64,000 bases of DNA from Lingula anatina (taxonomy: Eukaryota; Animalia; Brachiopoda): NCBI GenBank assembly GCA_051362555.1, contig CM120642.1:11966001-12030000 (forward strand). Direction: 5' to 3'. Of this stretch, positions 14,097-27,300 are shown piece by piece; the stretch's first letter is position 1; each line of letters starts with the position of its first letter. The position numbers and the translations under genes were made by a program. Below the pieces are notes generated by a model. That model did no database searches. It was not told the DNA's origin and was given only the letters and a program-made list of their open reading frames with translations.

Positions 14097-17000
14097 ATGG
14101 CTACCACGAGGGTTGCTTTAACTAGAACATTCTTGAACAAAAACGTGTGTAAAGTATGTCCGACTGAATCAAAAGAGAATGCCATAAGACTTGCCTCATC
14201 ACACAGGAACTTTTCGTCTGTACTGTCAGGCTCTCCAGTTTGTCGATCTTTTGGTAAGCGAGACTTCATTGGAGTGATGCAAAACCTCGTTATTCAACAG
14301 TGCCATGGCCAAGGTCATTTCATCATTAAAGTCAAGTTTACTGTGTGTAGTTTGTCGTTCGAAATGTGCAAAGATGATTCACTATGATATATTGTATTTT
14401 TTTCAATCTGATCATGGCGTATTGCATAAGACTTAAAGTAAATGCAAACTGATTTTAGTATCGTTGCAAACTTTGTGCTTTCTGTCTTGGCGTCCCTGTC
14501 TCGCCGGTAAACTTGTATGCTACTTGCTAGGCACTGATGCAGCTACCACTATAATTTATGTGCCAACACTCCTATCAGTGATCTTTTATATATAGTATAC
14601 ATGCTAAACCAAAAAGATAAGGAGCACATAGCTGTATAAGGTAGCATAACTGTCTGTTACTAGTAGCATGTCTTCACAATGTAGATGCTCTCACGTCTTT
14701 ATCCTATCTCTAGCCTCCGCAAGTCTTACACTGCTGAAAAGCCAACCAATCTCAAGGAATTTTAATTCCCAAGCCAAATGTGCAGATGTAATTATATCAC
14801 AGGTGCTAAGCTCACAAAGGACCTGATGTCTTGGTGCATTTTATGGCTTGTTTGAAAGTTTGCTTTTTGGTGTGAAATCTGTGACATACTTCACAGATTC
14901 GGAAGTTTTGTCTAATCCTCTTTTCAGTTTTCTGTGAAACAAAATCCCGACATACACAATGTCGAAATTTCCATAGCACAGGACCCACACATAAGCAAGA
15001 TTACTACGAGGTCTTAGGGGTATCAAAGGGGGCTTCCCAGAAGGAAATCAAGAAAGCATACTACCAGGTGAGATATAGAACTATTGATATTATTAGATAT
15101 CTGTGGTTCAACTCTCAAAACCACCCTGAATCTGTAGTACAGAGAAAATGAAAAATTTACTGAGTATGTGGAAGCTCTGGATGTGCTAAGATTGTATTCT
15201 CTCACTAGTAAAAGTTTTGCAAAGCAGATTTACATGTAAAATGAACAACTTATAATAGACATTGATGCTATGGTGTGGACTTTAGTTAATAAGTTGCCTA
15301 AGTGGTAGAGGTACATAGAACACTGTGATTGTTTAAAGAAGCTATTTAAAACTTGCTTTTCAATGCAGGTTAATAATTTCTGTTTTTATAAAATTACTCC
15401 ATTGTTTTAGCTTGCCAAGAAGTACCACCCTGACACTAACAAAGGGGACAAGAGTTCTGCCAAGAAGTTCCAGGAGGTCGCTGAGGCATATGAGGTAAGA
15501 TTCAAATGAAAGTATGTGAAGTAGTGAAATACAGGTGTGCCCGTACTCAAACACCCACATACAAGTGTGTGGTATAATTAGGGCTCTGAATGAGATTTAA
15601 AAAACTGCTTTTGCAAATAATCAATGCAGTGTAATAGTGCATTATTCACAGATGTTCTTAAAAGCTTATCGCTCTCTCCTCCTCTCTCTCTTACCCCATG
15701 TCTCTCTCCCTTTCCCTCTCTACCTCCCCCCCCACCCATGCACCTGTACGTGCACGCAAACATTTAGATATTTTGCCTCTGTTAACAAATCTATCTTCAT
15801 GTAATTTTATATTCTCCAAATTTTTGTAAAGTTTCAGTCTCTATTCCTTTTAAGATCTTATTATGCAGAATACGTAGAATTACATGTAATTTGGACAACC
15901 AGTTATTTGAGGTTTTATTTTGATATTCTAGGTGTTAGGAGATGAAAGCAAAAGAAAACAGTATGACACGTATGGCATGTCCGGAGGGCCTGGAGGAGGA
16001 AGGGGGCCAGGACAAGGTTTCCAAGGTGAGTGATAACATAGTGACTCACGTTGTCTGTGAGGTAGGAATTTCAACCCAGGAAGGGTTGAGATTTTAGGAA
16101 GTCTTGTAACACAATTGATGCATTAGTGCTTTGAGAGGTTGAGGAGAGGAATGAACAGTACTTGGACTAGGTAAGTGATAAGTTACAGACTTACTACATC
16201 TAGGAAGGATGGAGGGGTTTTGCCAGAGCAGTGACATGGTTTCCAAGGTAACTGGGGGCCCAGCTAAAACATGGGGCAACTATTTTGACATTGGCTGAAA
16301 TTATAGACCATGGTGATCTGTTGCTAAATTCAACCTTGAAAATTTTCAAAAATTAGACTAAGATGAATAATTTGTAAGTTTTAATTTCAAATAATAAAAT
16401 GGCAGTTTGACCACCTTTGTGAAATACTCATTGTTTTAGTTATCCTTAAAGACTACATACATACCTCCTTGTAACACTCTGCACAGATTTCTGTAGACAT
16501 CATTCGTTATACGTTTTCATCATGCACCCTCTAGTCCAAATATTTCATCTTTTTGTCTAGGATTTGAGGGTTACCACTCCAATGTTGACCCTGAAGACCT
16601 TTTCAGAAAGATATTTGAAGATATGGGCTATAAGATGGGAGGCTTCGATGACTATCAGGATTTCACGTCGTCCCCATTTGGCTTTAGGCCAGCCCAAGAG
16701 GTAAGCACATTTTAGTTCAGTTGCATCTAGGAGTGTCTTCCATCCCATTTAATGTGCCATGTTTGTCAACTCGACATCTAACATCCAGTTGCCACTCGAA
16801 CATTTCTTTTGCTATTGTAAACCTTGTTTTTTTCCTTTCTAGTACACTATGAACCTAACATTTGAAGAAGCGGCCCGTGGGGTGAACAAGGATATCAATG
16901 TGAACACAGTGGAGGTGTGCTCCACATGTAATGGTTCCAAGGCAGAACCTGGGTCAAGTCCGCGACGCTGCCATGTCTGCAACGGCACAGGAATGGTGGG

Positions 17001-17914
17001 TTTGAAAGAGCAATTTCTCTGTTGCTTCTTGATGTTTTTAAGATGATTTGAAAAAAAATACATTGATATTAAAGTTAAGATATGATTAGTGCCACAAAAG
17101 TAAAGTTCAGTTCAGTTCTTGTATATTGCACTCCGCATGTGTCTCAGTGTGGTTTACATTTCATGCCTGGTCATTTTTGACCCTGATACGCACTGGATGT
17201 TGATACTTTCACCTCCCAGGGGAGGATACTTATTTCTGATTTATTTATGTTTACTCATTTTAAATTTATGAGTGGTTGTCAAGGACTCCATCTGATTCAG
17301 TTTTTGAGTAGTAATGGTGCTGATGTTGTTTTACATACCAGGAAACCATCACGACTGGTCCTTTTATGATGCGCTCAACATGCAGGACGTGTCGTGGGAC
17401 GCGCATGGTCATAGATAAGCCATGTTCTGCATGCAACGGCAAAGGTTCTGTGAACATGAGGAAGCAGGTAACAGTACCTGTTCCTGCAGGTAAGGTGTTC
17501 GCTAACATCTAGGTTATACTAAATGGAGATTGTATTTATTATGGTTTTAACTGGAATGGTTGCTAAGTAGATGCATGCTTCCCAATAAATGTAATGCGTG
17601 TTAGATCTTATATTGTTTTTGACTGTCATGTATATATTTAAACACTGATTATATTCAAAGAAGAACAATTAAACATTTTTTTAATTTAGCAATTTTAATT
17701 AAAATTTTTATTATCTTAAGTGTTTTTAATGGATATGCTTAGATGTATGATGTATCTTGATATACTGTATATTGCTGGTGTTGATTTAATTTTACTTCAT
17801 TATGATTTATTTATCTTTTATTCATTAACACAATATTTTATTCTAACCCCTGAGAGGGCCATGTATAAGATATGGGTAATCACCTAACATGTTTTATCCT
17901 CTTTAAATAAAGTA

Positions 17915-17951
<37 letters not shown>

Positions 17952-20527
17952 AGTGATACTTAAAAAACTTTCTACCCTTTTATCACAGGCGTGGAAGATG
18001 GACAAACAGTACGAATGCCAGTTGGCCAAAAAGAAATATTTATCTCATTTAGGGTAAATTTTTTTTTTATTTTTACATAGAATAAGTGAATGTCACAAAG
18101 TAACTATAAAAATCTGATAAACAGTAGTTATGCTTTAATGTAGAGTATGCATGCTTTTCTTTCCCCCTGAAAATGAAAGATGCATTGTAGGCAAAGTTTG
18201 TCAAATTATTTTTGATTTCTTCATTTTTTCTGAAAAGTAATTATGTTTACATCAATTTTTCACAGGTCTCCAAGAGTCAAACATTTCGCCGGGATGGTGC
18301 TGATGTCCACTCAGACACATGGATAAGTTTATCACAAGCTGTCCTGGGGGGTACAGTGAGGATCAGAGGGATTTACGACAGCATTTTGCTCTCTGTAAGT
18401 TTCAGGGGCATTTATTTACAGCATTCCACATACTGCCAAAATATGTAATTTTATTATCTGTGTTATATTCTGGGAGCAATGCAGTGGCTTATTCTTAAAC
18501 AGGGGAAGAGGTAAAAGTTTCTTAATACCAATCCACCACCTCCCTTAAACAGCTTGGCAAAAATGTTCACTTGGAAGGGTTATCTTTACCTGTGTTTATT
18601 AACAACTGTTGAATTTTTCTTGATGAGATTAATCAAGGATATTTTCTTCTTCCAATCTTGAAAAGTGCACTATTGTGTGCTCATGGAATTGTTTTATGTT
18701 TTTCAGATCCCTGAAAAAACATCCTCCCACACCAAGATCCGTTTAGCTGGCAAAGGAATTAGTCGGTTAAATTCCTATGGCTATGGAGATCATTATGTTC
18801 ATATTAAGATTAAAGTTCCTACGTAAGTTTACCAAATGTTTCAAATTAAATAGTAATATTCAATGGTGATAATGACCAGAAGAACAGAAAGATTATTTGC
18901 ATTGTAACTTTTGTATCAGCAAAGTGAGATTATACAGAGCACACATATACTTTGTGAATTGTAATTTTAAAAAATGTTGAAAGGTGTTGATGGATACAAA
19001 TTTAAATGATGACAAACTGTTAGTGATAATAGAGAATTATAGAAGTGTAGTTGTTGGTTTATATTCTGAATGTAGTATTTAAGTATTCAGCACTATTTGG
19101 TACATTTGAAAACATTTGAAAAGTTGATACAAACACCATCATGATTTTGACTTAAAGTTACTTTTCCCTCTTTATAGAAAGCTGACAGAAGAACAGAAAT
19201 CACTAATGTTAGCCTTTGCTGAAACTGAGGATGTTGGTGATGGCACAATTAACGGAGTAATACATGCGAAAAAAGGTCAGTAAACAGAAAGATAATGGGA
19301 CATCCTATTAACTGAATCTACTTTTTTTTTAGTGATCATTCTACTTCACCTTGATTAGGACACTCATGCACAGAAGTATACTGAAAATTTAATATGGCAC
19401 TTTACTGTTTTTTTTTTTTTTCACTTTCTATGAGTTCTCTGCTTTCTTTTTTCTCCCATCCCCTGTGTTGCTCTCTTTCCCTCTCTCTTTTTTTCTCTTT
19501 GTGACCCTTAATTATTTATTGATTATACAGTTACAATATGTATAATTTCAAGGAAAATCAATTTAAGCAGTATGTTATAAGCAAGAAAAGACAGCATTGA
19601 ATAACATGTGGCATTGTTCTACCAGACAATTACATGGCAGATTCTTCATATTTTTTGATCATTAAAATCCATTGAAATAAACATTGAGAACATTCAGAAC
19701 AGATGATCTGCAGATTTATTGATCCACAGACTAAATATGGCCTACCCCGCTAAATAGCAAGAAGGCCTCCCTGCCCCCACATGGGCCATTAAACAGATTC
19801 AATCCTGGCTCTAATGTTAAATTGCTAGGCCCTTGCAAGGACAGTTTGAGTGGAGACGGGAAGGCCATCAGAGGATTTAGTCAGCATTGCTTTTAAGTGG
19901 GTTGGCCATATTAGATCTGAGGATCAGTTAGTCCCTGGATCAACTTGTTCTGAATGTGCTCATTGTCAATCTGTGACATTAGACACTGGTCTGTTGCAAC
20001 TGGTAAAAGACCAATAAAGACTTCAAATTTTCAAAGAATTTTGTCCAATCTGATGAGTGTGAACTTATGGGGTTGTTTAAGGTTTATGTTTTCTGGGGTC
20101 TGCTTGTGTGAGTGACCATTTGGCTAAAAGGAATTTGGAGACTGTAATGGAATTATGCCTCTATATACACTTGCCCAAAAAAGTTTGGAACTTTGTTTTT
20201 AGTATAATAATAATAATAATAAATTATTAACCATATGATCTAAATTAAATATTTCAACCAAATATTGATGTATAATGCACCCACCATTCGTTACTTTTTT
20301 ATATACACTGAAGATTTTCCCACTACATTACATAGTTTTTTAATTATTGAAAAACAATTTCATGTTACTGAACTGGTTTGGTCGAGTATATGACTCTCCA
20401 CACTGACCACGCCCCGGTTATCATTACAGGTCCGGGTGGTGAAGACAGTGTGAAGGGGGACGTGCACCCTGACAGTGATATTGATGACTCATTTCTAGGG
20501 AAAATTAAGAAAAAGATATTTGGATGA
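14097..20527 (+). CDS. DNAJA3: DnaJ homolog subfamily A member 3, mitochondrial (Tid1/Tid56), long isoform, 12 coding exons
   Basis: Arg/Ser-rich N-terminal presequence ([15 protein letters not shown]); J domain [23 protein letters not shown]|LAKKYHPD (14928-15067, 15411-15494); G/F region ([10 protein letters not shown]); four zinc-finger repeats [32 protein letters not shown]; C-terminal [25 protein letters not shown]; tail [11 protein letters not shown] stop at 20525-20527. Confidence 0.93.
17849..17950 (+). mobile_element. 3-prime end fragment of a CR1/L2-group non-LTR element
   Basis: GAGGGCCATG...ATCCTCTTTAAATAAAG followed by (TTA)n tail, typical LINE 3-prime terminus layout. Confidence 0.4.
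19720..19926. mobile_element. MITE-like element in DNAJA3 intron
   Basis: Imperfect terminal inverted repeats TGATCCACAGACTAAATATGGCCTACCC / GGGTTGGCCATATTAGATCTGAGGATCA. Confidence 0.5.
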
Positions 20528-21226
20528 CCACAGTTCAGTTTTAGGTATGACTGTTCAATACTGCAACTAAAATTTTTATAGTAATTTGTTTTTGTCTTGA
20601 CTAAGATCCTTAAGTGATTCAAGGCCATGTTCTTGTCTGACGCAATGCTGCATGTTGCATGTAAGAAGACCGGGAAAATATGTTTTGTTTGTTAGTTCTT
20701 TTCCTTTTCCTTCAAGTCTGAAATGTAGTTGTATCAGTTTATTTTTTTTAAACTTGCAAATCTGAAATTCTTACACCCTTTACAATGTAAAAAATTGTCT
20801 AATTGCTAGAAAAAGGCGGCCTCTGTCTAAGATAATAACTAAAGACATTTACGATTTTTTAAATATCCATTTAGTTTTTTATTGATATAGTAATAAATCA
20901 GCACAAAATCAAAGATATGATTTTTAATAATTATGTTTTATGAACGTACATGCAATAAGCTAATTGTGCAGATTAAAAGAAAGCAGTCAGAAAAGTATCA
21001 GTGGATATTTTCTGTCAGCTTTTATCCTTGCTACCGTCGCCTGCCATTATTAGAACTTTTAAGTTCTATGAAATCTTGCAACACTTTGAGCTGTCTGTCT
21101 TAGGATTACCATTCAGGAAGTTCCAACCTATAAAATAGAATATATGTAGGAATTACCATAAGTATCAATAGTATGTTATAGAGCATGCTAAGAATACAGG
21201 CTTCGTTTCAACTTTGCATTGATTTA

Positions 21227-23624
21227 CGGTAAAGTCTTGAAAATTTCGTCGTTCTTGAAAACTTCGTCGGCAGACGATTTTCCGCCGAGGTAATTTTTTT
21301 CCCTTTGAAAACTTCGTCGACCTTGAAAATGAGGTACTTGATAATTTTTGAAAAGTTCGTCGTTGTCCAGCTCAAACATGAAGGTAATGCGTCAGTTGAT
21401 TCAAGACAATGATACGATCAGGATATCATTGCCGATAACACTCTCAATGGGAGATAGGAACAATGGTGCGCCCCTACGAGCGGTTACTCACAATATAGGT
21501 GGTTAAGATGTGAATTCCCGTTCTTAATTGCGGGAACGTCGGCCTTTTGTCTAATTTCTACACCTGGCTCAAGGTGCGTTATCAAGCCGGCAAATAGAAG
21601 TCACAGGTCGCGGCTTTATCATTCGTAACGACGTTATTGTTATCGGCGGCTGTCCTAAATGAGGAAGACACATGAAAAAAGCAAGATATTATCTCGAAGG
21701 GAAATGTACCCGTCACTTCTATTCATGCCCATGTTCAATTTGGGACCATTTAACGATTACCTGGCTCGTCGTGGGGATCGTTCGCAATGCGAATGAGGCA
21801 AGATGTCAATTTTCATATCTTCAGAGGAGAATATTTCGCGTAATATCGTCAACAGATTTTATATTTGAAGTGGACTCCGTTCGCGTAAGACCATCAGCGG
21901 GAGATCGTTTGCGATTACAGAGAGACGAACAGGCAATCTTCATATCTTCACCGGGAGATCGTTCGCGGTGAAAGCGAAAATAAATTGCACTTTTCATATT
22001 AGTCCAAGGGAACTTCGTTCGTGAAAGATCGTCAACAGGAGATCATTATTATAACCCCCCTCCCCCCTTCTCCCGCTCACGGCATATATTCATCGGAATT
22101 GAATTTTATAAATAACATGTATTTTTCATTTTATCTTTAACCCCCCCCCCCTTCTCCTGCTCACGGCATATATCCATCGGAGAATCTTTCACGTAAGATC
22201 GTCAGAGGGAGATCGTTCGCGATCCGAGCGAGACGAAAAGGCAATTTTCATTTCATCATTGGGAGATCGTTCGCGATGTAAGCAAGAATGAAATGCAATT
22301 TTCAAAGTAGCTCAAGGAACTTAATTTGCAAAAGATATTCAGCGGGAGATCATTATTCTAACCCTCCCCTTTGAATTTTATAAATAATATATATTTTTCA
22401 TTTTATCTTAAACCCCTCCTTCCCCGCTCATGGCATATCTTCGGCGGAGAATCGTTCGTGTAAGATGATCATCGTTAGATCGTTTGCGATGTAAGCAAGA
22501 ATGAAATGCAATTTTTATATTAGTTCAAGGGATTTAAGGAACTTCGTTCGCGGAAGATCGTCAGTGGGAGATCATTATTTAACTCCCCCCTCCCCCAAAC
22601 ACATACACTTTGGATTTAAAAAAAATCATTTTCATTTTTTCTTTAATCAGCCCCTCCTCCCCCGCTCACGGTATATCTTCGGCGGAGAATCGTTCGCGTA
22701 ATATCCCCAGGACTTTGTTCGCGTAAGATCATATCAGAGGGAGATCGTTCGCGATCCTAGCATGACGTAAAGGCATTTTTCATATCATCGTCGGGAGATT
22801 GTTCGCGATGTAAGCAATAATAAAATGCAGTTTTCATATTAGTTCAAGGAACAAAGTTTGCGAACGATCGTCAGCAGGAGATCATTATTTTAATACCCCT
22901 CCCCCTTTGAATATTATAAAAATTAAAATGATATATAATTAAAATTTTATCTTGAAACCCCTTCCCCGCCTACGGCATACATGTATCTTCGGCGAAGAAT
23001 CGTTTGCGTAATATCGCCAGGACTTAGCGTAAGATCGTCAGAGGGAGATCGTTCGCGATGTAACAGTAAGCAATAATAAAATGCAGTTTTCATATTATTT
23101 CAAGGAACTTAAATTGCGTAAGATCGTCAGCGGGAACAATTATTTGAACTCCCTGTAAATTTTTAGGAAGTTACAGATGGTAATTTGACGCCTAACACTC
23201 AATCCTGGGAAAAGCCCTGCCCGCAACAAACGTTGCCAAGTGCGTATGTCGCGTCCAGGGTTATTGATGCAAGGAGGCAATTAGGCTTATCTTGGTCGTT
23301 CTCCTCTATCAGGAGGTATATTTCTTACCGGGTACAGTAAGTATAACCATAGAACTTCTATGGTATAACTTATAATCGAGATGCAGTAATAAATAGATTA
23401 TTATTTACCGCCAGAAACGACTAAGGAAGTAGTAGTAATAAATACCCCACAATATATGAGGGTCAAAGATAACAGCCGCTAAGGATAAAAGCCCAAAGGC
23501 CGGATTTTTGAAAATTTCGTCATACCCAGGAGTCGGGGAGAGGTAATTTTGAAAAATTAGTCGAATTTACACAATTAAAAATATTAATTAATTTTTAAGC
23601 GACGAAATTTTCAAGACTTTACCG
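21227..23624. mobile_element. Non-autonomous TIR DNA transposon with TA target duplication (Tc1/mariner-like ends), 2.4 kb
   Basis: Perfect 25-bp TIR CGGTAAAGTCTTGAAAATTTCGTCG (21227-21251; complement 23600-23624), TA on both flanks, subterminal GAAAA(T/C)TTCGTCG repeats, no transposase ORF. Confidence 0.85.
21890..23150. repeat. Imperfect internal tandem repeat (~220-310 bp units built on AGATCGTTCGCG subunits)
   Basis: GAGATCATTATT recurs near 22039, 22346, 22567, 22878; GGGAGATCGTTCGCG and CCCGCTCACGGCATAT recur in each unit. Confidence 0.75.
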
Positions 23625-23750
23625 TAGTTATCAGTTTATTTTTGTAATACAGAATGAAATTATTTTGTAAAGAATTTTTTGAAACTCATGGCAGCCCTGT
23701 CGCAATTAATGATTCACAAAAGTATTGAATTTCACTCCTTATCTTTCCAG

Positions 23751-23845
23751 GAAATAAAGCAGTTAATGACACAGAATATTCACACACGAGAAAAAAGACA
23801 GAAGACTTTGAGCCTGAAAATGAAGAGATCAAAAATAAATTATGA
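23751..23845 (+). CDS. DNAJA3: Probable alternative terminal exon of DNAJA3 (short-isoform-like C-terminus GNKAVNDTEYSHTRKKTEDFEPENEEIKNKL)
   Basis: Strong acceptor TTCACTCCTTATCTTTCCAG at 23750; phase 1 matches donor at 19275; exon 20430-20544 ends in AG|GTATGA just after its stop. Confidence 0.55.
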
Positions 23846-24300
23846 AAATGAGATATCTGATACAGGTTTTACAGAAACGAGTTCCAGCATAAGAACTGCA
23901 TCTGTGAAGGATATTTTGGCGACAAAAATTGAACCACAGATGTTGAAGAATTAGACTGGCACATCATTCACAAACTCCATGGAACTGTTTGTTAAGTTAA
24001 TGGAAGGTACTTAGTAATTGTGAAGCAGCAAAAAATTATGGAGCACTTGCTGTCTAATATATCGAAAATTTGAAATTAATTAACTCTATGTGATGTCCAT
24101 AAAATGTCATATTTAGATATATGTCATGATATCTCATTTAAAGAAGCAAGTCGTTGTATAGAGTATAGAGACAAACAAGATTCCACAATTGAGCTACAAT
24201 GTCTGTATTTGCCATATATTGCTTAAAGGCATTCTGAGTTTGTTAACCCAATGTAGTACAACACATGTACCAATCAGTCTCATTTATTATGTGGTTAAGG

Positions 24301-27300
24301 TTATTGTACCACCAGCGTAGGCGCTGGCGGTACCCATGGTTTTAGTCCCGACCCGTATGTTCCGCCGGCTCCTGCGGCTCCGCCGGCTCCTGCAGCTCCT
24401 CCGGCTCCTGCGGCTCCGCCGCCAAGTCACCGTTACCGCTTCTCCTCTTAGACAGTAAGGGCCCCTGTACCCATCTCTTGGATTTAGGTCACCTATAATC
24501 TCAACTCATTCCACGTAAAATTTGGGCTTTGTCGGTATTGGGGTCTAGGTGTGGCACTCATTGCAATGCACCCTTGTCTAAAAATGGCAAAATTAAATGC
24601 TAATTTTCTACCCTAAGGAAGGAGTTATGGGAAAAATTTCTACAGACAGCTTTCCAAAAGTCATATGTGTAGATTTCAAATATGCCCTTGGATTTGACCT
24701 TTGACCTTTATGTCAAGGTCAAACGGGCCAAAATTTTCAAAAAAATGAAATTTTTTACGAAAAAAATTATTTTTGCCCTGTTATTCAGACACCACGCAGA
24801 CTTAACCAATAATATTATTGGAAAGTGTTACCCTTCGGGTCATCTTTCATCTCCGTGAATTTGGGGTCAATCGGTGCATTTTCACGGGAGTAGTGGCCAT
24901 AAAGTACCGAAACTGAAAACTGTCTCTAATTCGGGAACCGTTAATGCTAGAGACCCATTCTTTTTTGCATTTTGTAGAGCATGTAAAGCCCAACACTGGT
25001 GGTGGTCTGTTTTTTTGTATTCCATACGGTTTTCAAGTTACGCTGTATCAAAAAGTACATATTGGTGGTGAAAGCAAAATGTGCAGTACGGTAATGGATA
25101 ATAAATTTTGAACTCTGGAAAAATAATACATAAGGCTTGGCAAAGCAGACAACTTGTGGTCAAAAATGACATTATTTCATCAAATTTGAACTTCTGGAAC
25201 TTCAGAGCACCTCCTATTTTAAGAATTTTGACCAAAATGATGTTTTCTTTATTTTAATTAATCTTTTCTGTAGGAAATTTATGGCACATTATGGTAACTC
25301 CAAAATTATAACATTTAGTCCCTTATATCTCCAAAACTGGCAGAGATAGGTCCATAGTTACTATTGAAGTTGAATAGGAAGTCATATAGTGGCAATCTTA
25401 CTGTGACCTTGAAATTGACCTTTGACCTACTTTTCACCATGAACTGAACTTTGCAAATTTTGCTTCCCTTTTATCTCCAAAACTGGCAGAGATAGGTCCA
25501 TAGTTGATATTGAACTTGAATAGGAAGTCATATACTGGCAATCTAAATGTGACCTTAAAATTGACCTTTGACCTACTTTTCACCATGAACTGAACTTTGC
25601 AAATTTTGCTTCCCTTCTATCTCCAAAACTGGCAGAGATAGGTCCATAGTTACTATTGAAGTTGAATGGGAAGTCATATACTGGCAATCTAAATGTGACC
25701 GTAAAATTGACCTTTGACCTACTTTTCACCATGAACTGAACTTTGCAAATTTTGCTTCCCTTTTATCTCCAAAACTGGCAGAGATAGGTCCATAGTTACT
25801 ATTGAACTTGAAAAGGAAGCCATATACTGGCAATCTAAATGTGACCTTTAAATTGACCTTTGACCTACTTTTCACCATGAACTGAACTTTGCAAATTTTG
25901 CTTCCCTTTTATCTCCAAAACTGGCAGAGATAGGTCCATAGTTACTATTGAACTTGATTAGGAAGTCATATACTGCCAATCTAAATGTGACCTTAAAATT
26001 GACCTTTGACCTACTTTTCACTATGAACTGAACTTTGCAAATTTTGCTTTCCTTTTATCTCTAAAGTTATGCTTTATCAAAAAATACATATTGGTGGTGA
26101 AAGCAAAATGTGCAGTACGGTAATGGATAATAAATTTTGAACTCCGGAAAAAATTATACATAAGGTTGGCAAAGCAGACAACTTGTGGTCAAAAATGACA
26201 TTATATTTCATGAAATTTGAACACCTGGAACTTCAGAGCTCCTCCCATTCCAAAAATTTTGACCAAAATGACCTTTTCTTTATTTTAATTAATTTTTTCT
26301 GTAGGAAATTTATGGCACATTATGGTAACTCCAAAATTATAACATATAGTCCCTTTTATCTGCAAAACTGGCAGAGATAGGTCCATAGATACTATTGAAC
26401 TTGAATAGAAAGTCATATACTGGCAATCTTACTGTGACCTTGAAATTGACCTTTGACCTATTTTTCACCATGAACTGAACTTTGCAAATTTTGCTTCCCT
26501 TTTATCTCCAAAACTGGCAGAGATAGGTCCATAGTTGATATTGAACTTGAATAGGAAGTCATATACTGGCAATCTAAATGTGACCTTAAAATTGACCTTT
26601 GACCTACTTTTCACCATGAACTGAACTTTGCAAATTTTGCTTCCCTTATATCTCCAAAACTGGCAGAGATAGGTCCATAGTTACTATTGAAGTTGAATGG
26701 GAAGTCATATACTGGCAATCTAAATGTGACCGTAAAATTGACCTTTGACCTACTTTTCACCATGAACTGAACTTTGCAAATTTTGCTTCCCTTTTATCTC
26801 CAAAACTCGCAAAGATAGGTCCATAGTTACTATTGAACTTGAAAAGGAAGCCATATACTGGCAATCTAAATGTGACCTTTAAATTGACCTTTGACCTACT
26901 TTTCACCATGAACTGAACTTTGCAAATTTTGCTTCCCTTTTATCTCCAAAACTGGCAGAGATAGGTCCATAGTTACTATTGAACTTGATTAGGAAGTCAT
27001 ATACTGGCAATCTAAATGTGACCTTAAAATTGACCTTTGACCTACTTTTCACTATGAACTGAACTTTGCAAATTTTGCTTTCCTTTTATCTGTAAAGTTA
27101 CGCTTTATCAAAAAATACATATTGGTGGTGAAAGCAAAATGTGCAGTACGGTAATGGATAATAAATTTTGAACTCCGGAAAAAATTATACATAAGGTTGG
27201 CAAAGCAGACAACTTGTGGTCAAAAATGACATTATATTTCATGAAATTTGAACACCTGGAACTTCAGAGCTCCTCCCATTCCAAAAATTTTGACCAAAAT

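Noticed and set aside
19006-19068. Possible intronic C/D box snoRNA (ATGATGA...CTGA) in DNAJA3
   Set aside because: No convincing terminal stem or recognisable rRNA-complementary guide; such boxes occur by chance in AT-rich introns.
23679-23954. 91-aa ORF in the track
   Set aside because: Starts at TTG in intronic sequence; the plausible coding frame here is the different phase-1 frame used by the DNAJA3 alternative exon.
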